Shown: in pieces, positions 14,154 through 25,781 of the stretch
Position numbering within the stretch: the stretch's first letter is position 1
Layout: each line of letters opens with the position of its first letter
From: Octopus vulgaris
Lineage: Eukaryota
Direction: 5' to 3'
Assembly: GCA_951406725.2 (NCBI GenBank)
Contig: OX597822.1
Coordinates: 36,828,001-36,892,000, forward strand
DNA: 64,000 bases
Translations under genes and position numbers: made by a program
The notes under the pieces: generated by a model
Databases searched by the model: none
The model's input: only the letters and a program-made list of their open reading frames with translations
What the model was told of the DNA's origin: nothing

Positions 14154-14238
<85 letters not shown>

Positions 14239-14287
14239 AGTATATTGAGTTCTACACCAGGTTATTAGCATATATTGCAATGCCTAA

Positions 14288-14318
<31 letters not shown>

Positions 14319-14433
14319 CATCATCATCGTTTAACGTCCGCTTTCCATGCTAGTATGGGTTGAATGGTTCGACTGGGGTCTGGGAAGCCAGGAGGCTGCA
14401 CCAGGCCCAGTCTGATCTGGCAATGTTTCTACA

Positions 14434-14518
14434 GAGATTCTGATGAAACTGTAATGTGTTATTCAAGCACTCAACTATGGTGTTTGCCACATGTTATAGT
14501 GGAAACAGCTGTAACCTA
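14434..14518 (+). ncRNA. Minimal type I hammerhead-like motif
   Basis: CTGATGA at 14440; 12-bp helix II actgtaatgtgt/acatgttatagt (with G-U pairs); GAAAC-AGCT-GTA gives a palindromic loop and GUA triplet. Helix I pairs poorly. Confidence 0.5.
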
Positions 14519-14635
14519 ATGAAGTTCATAAGATAATTGTTTGCTCCTTTCTCATCTCTTTTCTTATATATATATATATATATATAATTGCAGCGTGGAA
14601 GATGTTTATAAATATATATATATATATATATATAT

Positions 14636-14905
14636 AATTGCAGCATGGAAGGTGTTTATAAGCCATTTAAGAAACACACAAAATCCTTTAGATTCACTTC
14701 AGCATTTAATTTTAATTTGTCAAAATATTTTCGTCACTTTGAGACCACGACCTGTTCACTGACAGCATGGAATTTTGTCAGTGAACAGTTCGTGGTTTCA
14801 AAGCGATGAAAATATTTTGACAAATTAAAATTAAATGCTGAAGTGAATCTAAAGGATTTTGTGTGTTTCTTAAATGGCTTATAAACATCTTCCACACTGC
14901 AATTG
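14636..14905. mobile_element. Foldback/palindromic element (copy 1), ~125-bp arms
   Basis: Inverted arms flank the spacer agcatggaatttt. The same element occurs at 45882-46149. Confidence 0.85.
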
Positions 14906-15169
14906 TTTTCTTTCCAGCACAGGATCTTAGATCAGGTCACTTGGTATGCAATACATCTCCATAATACATATATATAAATATATATATATACACACATATA
15001 TATATTATATATAATCACACACACACACACACACACACACCACCACCACACCACACCCATGCCACACCACACACACCACAACACACCACACCACACACTC
15101 ACACCACAACACACCACACAACGCACTACACCACACACATATATACATAAACAGTCTTGTTGCACCCAC

Positions 15170-15780
15170 TAGTGCCTTTAAAAATCTTACAGTCAATATT
15201 AGTGATAAGATATCTAATCTCTGCCCCTCCTCTAAGGAAATATTCAATACAGTAGCCCCAAAAGTGGCTTCAAAGAGAAGATGCTTAATACTCCTACCAT
15301 AAAAAGAATGAAGCCTAATAATAGACCTAAGAAAAACTATATGGTTTCTTCTCCACCTTCTGTAACCCCAGCCTCTTTTTTTTTCCTTGAATGTTAAGAC
15401 AAAACATAGTTAGAAAATTCCTAGCCTTGATAGAAAAGCATTTCCCAGATATCCATAGTATAAGAATATTTTTAATAGACATTCTGCAGAAGTTTCTTGC
15501 AGCTGCTACCTCAACATGAAGAACATTATTACATGTAAATCACACCAGGTACCCATCCTAAGATATAACTGCAGAAACCCAGATATGTGCCCACTCAACT
15601 AGGCATGCATGGTTTCCTCAGTTTTATTTATATATGAAGTTACAGCCACCTCAGTTCTACCAAATAACAAAACTGTAAAGAAAAAAATATACTGAACAAT
15701 GTGAAAGTGATTTTACAAAAAGACATGCCAACCACCAGTCTTTATTCTGAGATGGGATAAGAAGAAAATTGTTGCATGAC
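15170..15780 (+). mobile_element. Decayed Penelope-like element fragment (RT C-terminus / linker toward GIY-YIG)
   Basis: Broken frames give RKTIWF..PP, KFLALIEKHFP, IFNRHSAEVSCSCYLNMKNII and NCRNPDMCPLN, typical of the PLE region upstream of the endonuclease. Confidence 0.7.
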
Positions 15781-15789
15781 AATACAAAT

Positions 15790-16024
15790 CTCGTCCTTTC
15801 CAACTATCACCTCTTTAAATCACTCAAACATCCTTTAAGAGGCTGTTGATATGCTATGGATGAAGAGGTGCAGGAAATGGTGCATAAATGGCTGCACAAC
15901 TGGCTAAAACTTTTTTCTCTGATGGAATAAGCAAGCTTGTAGACCACTGGAAGGAGTGCATTGAAAAGCACTGTTTTAATAAATTACAGAAACAGGAGTG
16001 CATATAATTCTTGACCTACTCTTG

Positions 16025-16027
<3 letters not shown>
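15790..16027 (+). mobile_element. Mariner transposase 3' fragment with right end
   Basis: YHLFKSLKHPLRG...DEEVQEMVHKWL...FFSDGISKLVDHWKECIEK, followed by a TIR-like end and a TA run. Confidence 0.75.
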
Positions 16028-16068
<41 letters not shown>

Positions 16069-16289
16069 GCATGATCTTCTAACGTTGGGCCTCACAGAGG
16101 CAATGACAAAAGACCGAGACCTCTGGAGATATGCTGTGACTGAGAAGACCCGGCAAATAAAGTGAGTTCACAGCTGTAACCTACACCAGTGTCGCATAAC
16201 CAGCCCACTCAAAAGTACCTTGGATCGTAGGGTGTCATGCCATGCTTGAGGAGACCTATTATTCGCTCACCTCGAAGTAAGGTAAATAA

Positions 16290-16592
16290 AATCAAAATAA
16301 GCAACAGGATATCAAGAAGTGATGCAGTACGACTGTTTCAAGCGGCTCCATTTATTTTTCAAGTGGCTCCATAATTTTTCTCAAATACTTTAACAGAGCA
16401 TCTCCTTGCTCTGTTAAAGTATTTGAGAAAAAATATATTAATGTGTCCAACTGATTAAAATCCTATTTATTTGTGCAACTGATGATAGCGCTGCATTTAA
16501 ATCGATGTAATGATTGTATTGTTCAATTAAATGGAGCTGCTTGAAACAGTCATACTGCATCACTTCTTGATATCCTGTGGCTTATTTTGATT
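16290..16592. mobile_element. MITE-like foldback element with ~65-bp terminal inverted repeats and an internal perfect 26-bp hairpin
   Basis: aatcaaaataagcaacaggatatcaagaagtgatgcagta... is mirrored at 16527-16592. Hairpin arms lie at 16375-16400 and 16407-16432. Confidence 0.8.
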
Positions 16593-16596
16593 ATAT

Positions 16597-16632
<36 letters not shown>

Positions 16633-17683
16633 CTGCTGGTGACAAAGGGCCTCTCGCTCAGAGTAAAAAGTAAAAGGTAGACTGTATGATGCATGTGTAT
16701 GAACAGCCATGCTACATGGCAGTGAAACATGGGCCATGACTGCTGAAGACATGAATAAGCTTGCAAGGAATGAAGCCAGTATGCTCCGCTGGATTTGTAA
16801 TGTCAGTATGCATACTCGACAGAGTGTAAGTACCTTGAGAGAAAAGTTAGACCTAAGAAGCATCAGATGTGGTGTGCAAGAGAGGTGACTGCACTGGTAT
16901 GGTCATGTGGCAAGAACGGATGAGGACAGCTGTGTCAAAAAGTGCCACACCCTAGCAGTTGAGGGAACCTGTGGAAGAGGTAGACCCAGGAAGACCTAGG
17001 ATGAGGTGGTGAAGCACGACCTATGAACATTAGGCCTCAACAAGGCAATGACTAGTGACCAAGACCTTTGGAAATATGCTGTGCTTGAGAAGACATGGCA
17101 AGCCAAGTAAGACCATAACCCATGGCCTATGCCAGGGGTGTAACCAGCCCACTTATGCATACCTTTCCTTCATTGGGCACTAAAATCTACTTGCGAAGAC
17201 CTATTGGGGCAAGTGAAATCAAAATCAAAATCAAAGACTGGCATCCGTGCTAGTGGAGTGCTAAGAGCACCATCTGAGCATGATCATTGCGAGAGCAGCT
17301 GACTGGCTTCCGTGCTGGTTGTACATATAAAGCACCATTCGAGCGTGATCATTACCAGTGTCACCTTACTGGCACGTGAAAAGATATCCGAGTGAGGCCG
17401 TTGCCAGTGCTGCTGGACTGGCTCCTGTGCAGGTGGCACGTAAAAAACACCATTTGAGCGTGGCCGTTGCCAGTACTGCCTGACTGGACCTCATGCCGGT
17501 GGAACGTAAAAGCACCCACTACAATCTTTGAGTGATTGGCATTAGGAAGGGCATCCAGCTGTAGAAACTCTGCTAGATCAGATTGGAGCCTGGTGCAGCC
17601 ATCTGGTTCGCCAGTCCTCAGTCAAATCATCCAAACCATGCCAGCAAGGAAAGCAGACATTAAACGATGATGATGATGATGAT
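16633..17683 (+). mobile_element. 5'-truncated RTE-clade LINE (RT C-terminus, 3'UTR, (GAT)n tail)
   Basis: LLVTKGLSLRVK..GRLYDACV..AMLHGSETWA..RNEASMLRWICNV..LHWYGHV..GRGRPRK, ending in gcagacattaaacgatgatgat. Confidence 0.85.
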
Positions 17684-17818
17684 ATATGCCAACTTATATA
17701 TACATTTCTGTGTTATTCAGGGCACCAACTTTGATGTCAAAATGATTTGATCTGTGGAAACATGTAGCGATGTATTAAATATTTATAAATTCCATCCTAG
17801 TATTATTGTTATTATATA

Positions 17819-18707
17819 TAAGGTCTGATCAATAAGTATCCGGACTATTGCCATAGTTAAAGCACACAGAGTGAAGCTGCTAGGCAAAGATTGACCTTGA
17901 ACTCTGCTGTACATGCACACTAAGTTTTAATGTTCTACCTCACCTCCGCTCGTTACAGCAGTGCTTGGAAGGAAGATGTGTAGCATGTGATCATCACATT
18001 GACCATGACAGGGGAAGTTGTCATGGTGATACCTGCTCAGACATCTATGCAAAGTTGCAGAAAGTGTATGGAGAGGAGTGTATGAGCTGCACACAAGTGT
18101 ATGAGTGGTTCAGATGTTTCCAAGATGGCAGAAAAAATGTCTATATTGACGAACGTTCTGGGAGACCTGCAACCAGTAGAACTAAGAAAAGCATCACAGA
18201 TGTGTGTGCAGCTGTGAGGGTGAGCTGTTAAACCACCATCTGTGAGTTATCAGAGAGTTGTGCAGATTAGTTACAGTTCAGTTCAGTCCATTATTACTGA
18301 AGATTTGGGTATGAGACACAGGTCTGCCAAGTTTGTGCCAAGACTACTTTCAGCTGACCAAAAAGACACTGAGGTTTCAGTTGCACAAGATCTCCTTGAT
18401 TGAGTCAAGAATGATGAAAACTTTTTTGAAAACTTTGCATAAGCTTCTGAGCAGGTATTGCCAATCTTTTGGCAAAATTTAATGCAGATTCTCTGCTCAA
18501 CTTTTTCTGTCATGGTCAATGCAACAATCACACGATACACACATTACTTCCAAGCACTGCTGTAAACGGCGAAAGTGGGCTAGAATGATAAAACTTAGAA
18601 CACACGCACAACAGAGTTCAAGGTCAATTTATGCTAAGCAGCTTCACTCTGCATGCTTTAGCTTCGTTACAATGGCAACAGTCCGGATACTTATTGATCA
18701 ACTTACG
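17819..18707. mobile_element. Non-autonomous mariner derivative built from two inverted 5' ends
   Basis: TIR gatcaataagtatccggact at both ends with TA flanks. The plus strand encodes KVYGEECMS..QVYEWF..FQDGR..ERSGRP..AKFVPRLL. The minus-strand right arm encodes the N-terminus MTEKVEQRICIKFC. Confidence 0.85.
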
Positions 18708-18750
<43 letters not shown>

Positions 18751-18942
18751 CTGAAACAGGATATAGCATAAATATGTGTGTGTGTGTGTCATTGTATGTA
18801 TGTAATTTGTACATAAGATATACATATACAGCATAGCAATATACAACACAAGTGTGCATTGCATACTTTAATGTTTTCACAAGTAAGCCAAACATATAAA
18901 CATCTATACATAAACACATACACACACATGCATATATATATA

Positions 18943-18986
<44 letters not shown>

Positions 18987-19343
18987 AGCTGTCCTTCTGC
19001 TATTGTCTCAGGTGGCTGACCAATACCTTGTGCATGGAATTGGTAGATATTAACTGTAGAAATCATTCTGTGTGTGTATTTTAGCAGGTGTGTGTCTGTT
19101 TATGTTCTCCCATTGTCTTAACATCCATGCACTGCATAAAAACATTGTGAATGTCTATGTCATAGTGACTTTGTTCACATATCCAGCCACTAAGTGGCTC
19201 ATTGTCTGAAGGGCTAAGAAAAATAGTATCCTACTTGGAAAAAGGTGAAGATTGATAACAGGAAGAGCATACTACCAAAGAGAAACTGTCTCTATAAGTG
19301 TTATCTGAACTATACCATCGTGGGAGAGTGGACATCAAAATGA

Positions 19344-19375
<32 letters not shown>

Positions 19376-19736
19376 TTACATGTTTGCATTCTGTTACAAG
19401 TTGAAGCTTCTTGAATCATTACTCAGAGTTTCACACTAGTGGTTATTCAAACAATTCAAGTTGTCTGGCAAAAGAGAATATCTAAACAAAAATATTCATA
19501 AACATGAAAATATGATTAGTTATTGAGATTTCATTGGTTGCTAAAAACTGTTAGAAAAATATGTCATTGAGTCATCTCTTAAATTGTTAGGTGCAGGCGT
19601 GGCTGTGTGGTAAGAAGCTTGCTTACCAACCACATGGTTCCGTGGCACCTTGTGCAAGTGTCCTCTACTATAGCATTGGGCTGACAAAAGCCTTGTGAGT
19701 GGATTTTGGTAGACAGAAACTGAAAGAAGCCTGTCA

Positions 19737-19802
<66 letters not shown>

Positions 19803-20069
19803 ATCATCATCGTTTATCGTCTGTTTTCCATGCTAGCATGGGTTGGATGGTTCGACTGGGGTCTGGGAAGCCAGGAGGCTGCACCAGGCTCCAGTCTGAT
19901 CTGGCAGTGTTTCTACAGCAGGATACCCTTCCTAATGCCAACTACTCTGTGAGTGTAGTAGGTGCTTTTTACATGCCACCAGCACAGAGGCCAGAGTGGG
20001 GTTGCAAACTGCCACGATCAGTTGGTGCTTTTTACGTGTGTGTACTGTATGTGGCCAATTAACATGAGC

Positions 20070-20820
20070 CCTTGTAATCTCTTTTATTATAAGATCCAAC
20101 ATCTTGATCCCATGCCTTGCTAGCTCTTCTTCTTCCACAGGTTCTATCCATTTTGAGTACTAAGCACATCGTCTATACATGTCACATACTTGTACTGATG
20201 CAGTTTTCCCTCCTCTTATACACATCTTTCTGTCAGTTCATTTGTACTCTATTGCACAGACACAAGAACATTACACATCCAGTGAAGCATGCTTGCTTCG
20301 TTTCTTTTTAGTCTTTGAAAATCATATGCATTCAAGTCCCACATCCCACCACAATGTAACATCACACTTTGCATACAAGCATCATGCAATTTACCTTTTA
20401 CTCTGAGGGCAAGACCCTTTGTTGCTAATAGAATTTTTTCCAACTTGTTCTTACTCAGGCAACTACACTTTCAAGATAACCATAACCCCTGCTAATTAGG
20501 TCACTTAGTTAAAAGAAGCTATTGAATACTTCTAGGGAACCATCTGGGCATTTGAGAGAATCTGTTTTTTGGGAGTTTAATGCTTTTATGATGGTTAACT
20601 TTGCTATTAGCCTATTGGTCATCTCACAACACCTCTTGTGCATCTACTGTTTACACTATGATGTTTCTACCAACTTCTTTTTTGCATACCCAGTACTACT
20701 GTGTCCCTGATGGCTGCAGGATCCTGTCTTTTTTTCTGATTGACATACTTCCACATTTGGAGTTTCTTCAACCAATCATCTACAAGGTCAACTGCTACAG
20801 GAGCTCTCATAGATAGCTAG
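20070..20820 (-). mobile_element. Decayed RTE-clade LINE fragment
   Basis: ORF 20249-20443 (LLATKGLALRVKGKLHDACMQSVMLH..RNEASMLHWMCNV) is homologous to the copy at 16633. Confidence 0.75.
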
Positions 20821-20949
20821 CCTTAAACTTCTTTATCATGGTTTAGAGAAATAGCCATAACAGAAGAGCACTGATGGCTCCTCTATAAGTGCACAAGAGA
20901 TGCAGTGGTTTCATAGGCAGGCTGACAGAGAAGAAAGACTTTGTATAAA

Positions 20950-21650
20950 ACTGATACATAGGACTAATTAGTGGTCAGAGCACCCACGAAATAAGTGCTT
21001 TCAAATGCTTAGAAGGTTCCTTAGAACTAGTTGATAGCCTCTGTTTCATAGGTAGCCAAATTAACATTGGGAACAAGTGTTCCAAGGGCAAAGATGCCAG
21101 TAAGAATCAGCTGGAAAAAAATTTAGGGAGCTACTACTGCTACTGGAAACAAGAGCATTTTTTTCTGCAGGTAACGTGTAGATTGTGTGATACTTGCGTA
21201 CAAAGTGTGCTGTTGATTAGTAGCAACAAAGCACAAAAGAACTGAGAGTAATAACAGGATATAAGAGGAAAGCTGAAGAGACAAGAGAGAAAACTGCACT
21301 GGTACAGACATGTGATGTATATGGAGGATGGCAATTTGGTATATAAGGAATTTAAGTGGAAGGACTATGTAGGACCTAAAAGGACATGAGAACAAGTGGA
21401 GAAAGTTGATCTCGAAAGGCATAACCTCATATAGGAGACAACAAAGGATCACAACAGATGGTAAGATGCAGTATTACAAAAGGCCCATTCAAACCAAGTA
21501 TGGAAATGCAGACGTAAAATAATGAAGATGATCTCTTATATAAAATCTCTTCTGTCTGTCTGTGGCTTCTAGGATCTCGGGCATCCTCCATCCAATTGCA
21601 CTCAAATTTGATATGTAGGGCATGTATAAGTCTTGAAAAAATTACAAAAA
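20950..21650 (-). mobile_element. Possible highly decayed LINE endonuclease-region fragment
   Basis: Weak resemblance only (SSSLFYVCISILGLN ~ N-I-R-G-L start of an APE domain), with many frame breaks. Confidence 0.3.
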
Positions 21651-23047
21651 TCGATTCCAGGTGAGAATGCAATACTAAAGCCGTGGGAAATCATTTATCT
21701 TTGGAAGAGACAAAAAGTCTATCTTTATTTCTTCTTTTGCTGGTGTCTCAAATTTAGGTTAAATTAGTGTTTCTCAAAGGGGAGGCCTATGGGACAGTCG
21801 GACAAGTTGTTTTGAGAAAATTTGGTTTAAATGTTTGATGGAGTGGGGGGGGGGCGTTTTGCTCGTGTGTATATATATATAACAGAAAATGTATATGAAC
21901 GTGTCTATGTATGTATGTGAGTGTTGGGGTATATAATAACAGAACAATATAGTATCCATACCTGTAATGATTTTAGAACTCTCCCCCCACACAAATGAAC
22001 CAAACAACCTCTCATGCACAACGCCTGCTTTTCCTCCACCATGCCATGTCTTTTTCTTGTCCTCCTCTTGTCAACTGTAGCATGACAATCAACTTCTTTT
22101 ATAGTTGCAGGCTGCCTCTCCATCCCCTGTTCTGCTCCACATACAATCTTGTAATAGTTCTACTCACTTCTACTTACCTTGTGCCTTGAGATAGATAATG
22201 GACACCTAATCTCCATTATCTATCTCTTGCAGTTCCAACTTATCATTTTCTTTCTCCTCTACTAAACGTGAGTAATCTACAAGAACCTGCTCTGTCCCCC
22301 ACCAATCTCTGACATACTTTAAGCCCTCATCCCTTAGCATAAAGCCAATCCCCTCCCTCAGAGTTCATAGTCTTGCGAGCTGCATGACAACCTCACTTGT
22401 GCAAGTAGCCACCCAAAAAAGCTGCAAAGTGGTTAACTTTAGGTAGGGCATCCAGTCATTTAAAATCAGGCCAAAGCGGACAAAAGAACACAATGCAATC
22501 GTTGGACCCATCAGAACCTGCCCAGCCCATGCCAGCATGGAACATGGACTTTAAATGAAGATGATGATGACAGCAACATACTGTTATTGATGTTTAGCCC
22601 AAATACTACCCAGTACGGACCGATGATCAAAGGTATTCCGGCACTGGTCATCGCCATCCTGTACTTGTCTTGAGCACTGGATATCAGGGACTATTATGCA
22701 ATGCACCCCGCATTTTTTAAGACCTTGAACAATTATTTGAAGGAAATTTGGCTGCTTTCTTTAACAAAGAAAATGATCATGTACTTGCTTAGCTCCAGAT
22801 CAACTCTGATTAGGGAGAATCATAACTAACTACCAATATATCTTCAATCTTAGTGAAATACATTTTAGTGCTGATATATTAGTATGTAGCGTGGCACAAG
22901 GGTACCTTTACATTTATCTGTACAAGTGTATCTGTTATGTTGCATTTAAACAATAGAGTAACGTGGGTAGGGATGAATTACAAACAATAATCCTGCTTGG
23001 CCACAATTCAACGATTAAAACCAATAAAAAGAACGTACATACACACA

Positions 23048-23107
<60 letters not shown>

Positions 23108-23300
23108 CTAGCCAGGTACACAGGCAAACCAGTGCTAATATAAAACATTATATTATTTTAAGGTTAATGCGAATATCAATGCATATAAAAATAGTTATAT
23201 TTCTATAAAGTTTTAACATTCGTAGCGGAAAATATCGGAAACTGAAAACAAGAGAAAGTAGCAAGCTTGAAATGATGAAGATGACAACGATAGTTCATAC

Positions 23301-23500
23301 CTGTGTTGCTATGACAGTAACAACACTGTCAGTAGATCTATTGCACTAAATTACTGATCGATTTCACTACCTTGATTTCTCTTCTCTGTTGATCCAAACG
23401 ATATTTCTGTTAAGTGTTCGTCTGTCTTTCACCTATCGGTCAGACAATCTGGCCAACCGCAGAAATCAACTGTTGTCAACCGCTTCTCCGTGTATCACAG
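23301..23500 (-). other. KIF3A: Putative non-coding first exon of KIF3A
   Basis: Consensus donor CAG|GTATGA at 23301/23300, with an alternative AAG|GTAGTG at 23371. Unique, CpG-enriched sequence lies directly downstream of promoter motifs. The 5' end is approximate. Confidence 0.5.
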
Positions 23501-23585
23501 CAACGGCATAACAAGCTTTCAATACAAGCTTCCGGTATGTCTCAATGACGTCATTTCTCACGGAAATTGCCGGAAAGAAGCGAAA
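23500..23585 (-). promoter_or_regulatory. Putative KIF3A proximal promoter (CRE plus ETS-like sites)
   Basis: Palindromic AATGACGTCATT at 23544-23555, CCGGAAG (minus strand) at 23529-23535, further CGGAA cores, and local CpG enrichment. Confidence 0.55.
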
Positions 23586-24029
23586 TTTTTAAGCTTATTT
23601 CCCTTGAATTTAAATTTTGTATTTTTAAAAATAGGTCTTTACTTAAAAAACACAATTGAAAAAAAATGCAACCTTTTAAAGTAAAAATGAATCGTCAAAA
23701 CTTTTAAGCAAAGAATATTTAGAAATAACACTTTACGTGCACAATACACACGTTTTGTATTATTAGTTGAATATAAAAATTAAAAACAATTTTTCTTTCT
23801 TAAATTCATTCATTTGGATAAAAGTTTCCGCAAATAATTCCGTCGAAGAGGGATCGAAAAAGTTTAAAATGTGAACGATATTGAACAACATTTATTACAG
23901 TATAATGTAATTTAAAATCATATCTTTTTATATCTCTTCACAGCAACTGAGATTATTTTAAATTCTATAAATTCAGATTAATTTTTAGACAACTTTTTAC
24001 CACAATTGCTCAAATAGCATTGTCCTCCG

Positions 24030-24043
24030 GTTGCCATAACAAC
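24030..24043. promoter_or_regulatory. RFX X-box upstream of KIF3A
   Basis: GTTGCC-AT-AACAAC fits the GTHNYY-AT-RRNAAC consensus and lies about 0.5 kb upstream of the putative TSS of a ciliary motor gene. Confidence 0.55.
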
Positions 24044-24799
24044 TGGCAAGTAGGGATTGTGTAACCATATTGTATTTCAGAACAATTCACAGATTATTTT
24101 GGTGAGGTTTCCCTCTTTTCTTTTATCTCTTTTTTACTTTTTCTCTTTTTTTTCTTTTTCTCTTTTTCATTCACAGCATATATGTGGTGTGAAAAAGTCA
24201 AACATCAGTCTTCCAACTACTGTATACTTTTCTATGTGATTAGATCATATTTATGAAGACAAGCTGAGTTGGAAACAATTTAGTGCTAGGTAGATCAAAA
24301 GTAGGTTTATTATAAACACAAGTGACTGTTATTTTATGATGGAAGATCCAGACCTTGACTGGATAGCTCCGCAGAGATTTTCAATTACAACACTCCTTTA
24401 CTCACACTTAGCTTGGCAATGGAGAATATGAAAAAAAGGTTTTCTTAATATCTCAATGAAAGTAATACAGCTTTGAACCATTCATCTTCCACAATTTAGA
24501 TCAAATATTTCTGTAACAAAGAAGATTTTTTTTTTTATTCATTAAACATTTAAATAATTATTTCACCTGTAATTTCTGCTCATGTTGTATCATGGAAATG
24601 TGTTGAGTTTCTTTCTCATTAGAAACAGTAGGAATCTTCGTACAAGCTTTACTGTTGCATCTTCTGCCAGGAATGTTCTGCGAGTTGTGTTAATGCTATT
24701 TTCAGTCTTTCAAAATGTTTTCTCTCTCACAAACAACAATTTCAGATTTAAAAATCCTTGATTATTTGAAATCAAAAGATTTGATATAGACATGAAATA

Positions 24800-25640
24800 A
24801 TCTGAAGCAATGTAGAATAATATTTCTTAAAAGTTCAACCCCAATGATTGTTTTTGCACTTCCTGACACCAAGAACATACTTTGCCAGGGGAATGTTACT
24901 GCCACCTCTTCCAGAAATATGAATCTAGTCTTTAGATTCACTTGTATCTCCTGGTCTGAGGTCTGATACAAAACAGAAAATTGGTCTCCCACAGCTACTT
25001 TCATCTTAGGAACCTTATCACCTTCCTTAAGGAATCTGATACCCTTGGGTAGTGAAGGCTGCTGCTTGTGGGCCTTAACATTCTGTAGGTCTTTCTGTCT
25101 GGCAATTTCTACAAGAACTTTCTCATACCTCCATTTCTATTGGCTTTCTCCCAGTACCCTGTGCATCTAGTTAAAATGTGGTTTGGAATGTGCAAGATGT
25201 TCCATGTTGCTTGTAGGACAGATTCTCCCTTTTGCACAATATTTGAAGGTTATTTGGGGTTGGTAAAGGGTCAACAATGGCACACATGAGGAAGGATAAT
25301 TTTCTCTGGTCAGTGTTCTAGAGTTACCTTCAGGACAGTGGTCACTCAATGCCTGATCCTACTGTCTATGGTGGGCAAGCCCTACCACTTTCACATGGTG
25401 ATCTTATCTTCCTTAGTTGAATCACACATCTTTTATATTATGAGTTCTCTTTTACTCCTCACATTTGGATCTTGGATCTCTCCAACAATCTCCTGATGCT
25501 TCCAGTATGTTTCTGCTTCCTTCACAACTTCCTATGGTTTCCACTTCTGCTGACCTTTATGATCTTATTGACATGTCTGACTCTCTTATCCACAGATAGT
25601 AGCAATGTACTAACTGCTCTTGCTTTTGTGGTTTTGAAGT
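24800..25640 (-). mobile_element. Decayed HERO/NeSL-type (restriction-like endonuclease) non-LTR retrotransposon fragment
   Basis: Broken frames give KWKP.EVVKEAETYWKHQEIVG, FLMCAIVDPLPTPNNL, WRYEKVLVEIA, FLKEG and VNLKTRFIF..VSGSAKTIIGVEL, in the order expected for the RLE-clade C-terminus. Confidence 0.65.
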
Positions 25641-25736
25641 GTAACACAATTGGACAGACCAATTTTCATATTAAACACTGATAAATCTAGTGGGTATTTA
25701 AACAATATATTTGTGGGTAGTTGATGGGTTAGATGA

Positions 25737-25781
25737 GGTGCTGACGAAAGGAGAATAATGCCTGAAATGTGCATATATACC
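25737..25781 (+). ncRNA. Minimal type I hammerhead-like motif
   Basis: ggtg-CTGACGA-a-agg-agaataatg-cct-GAAA-tgtgcata-TA-tacc. All three helices are formable and helix III is near-palindromic. Confidence 0.55.
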
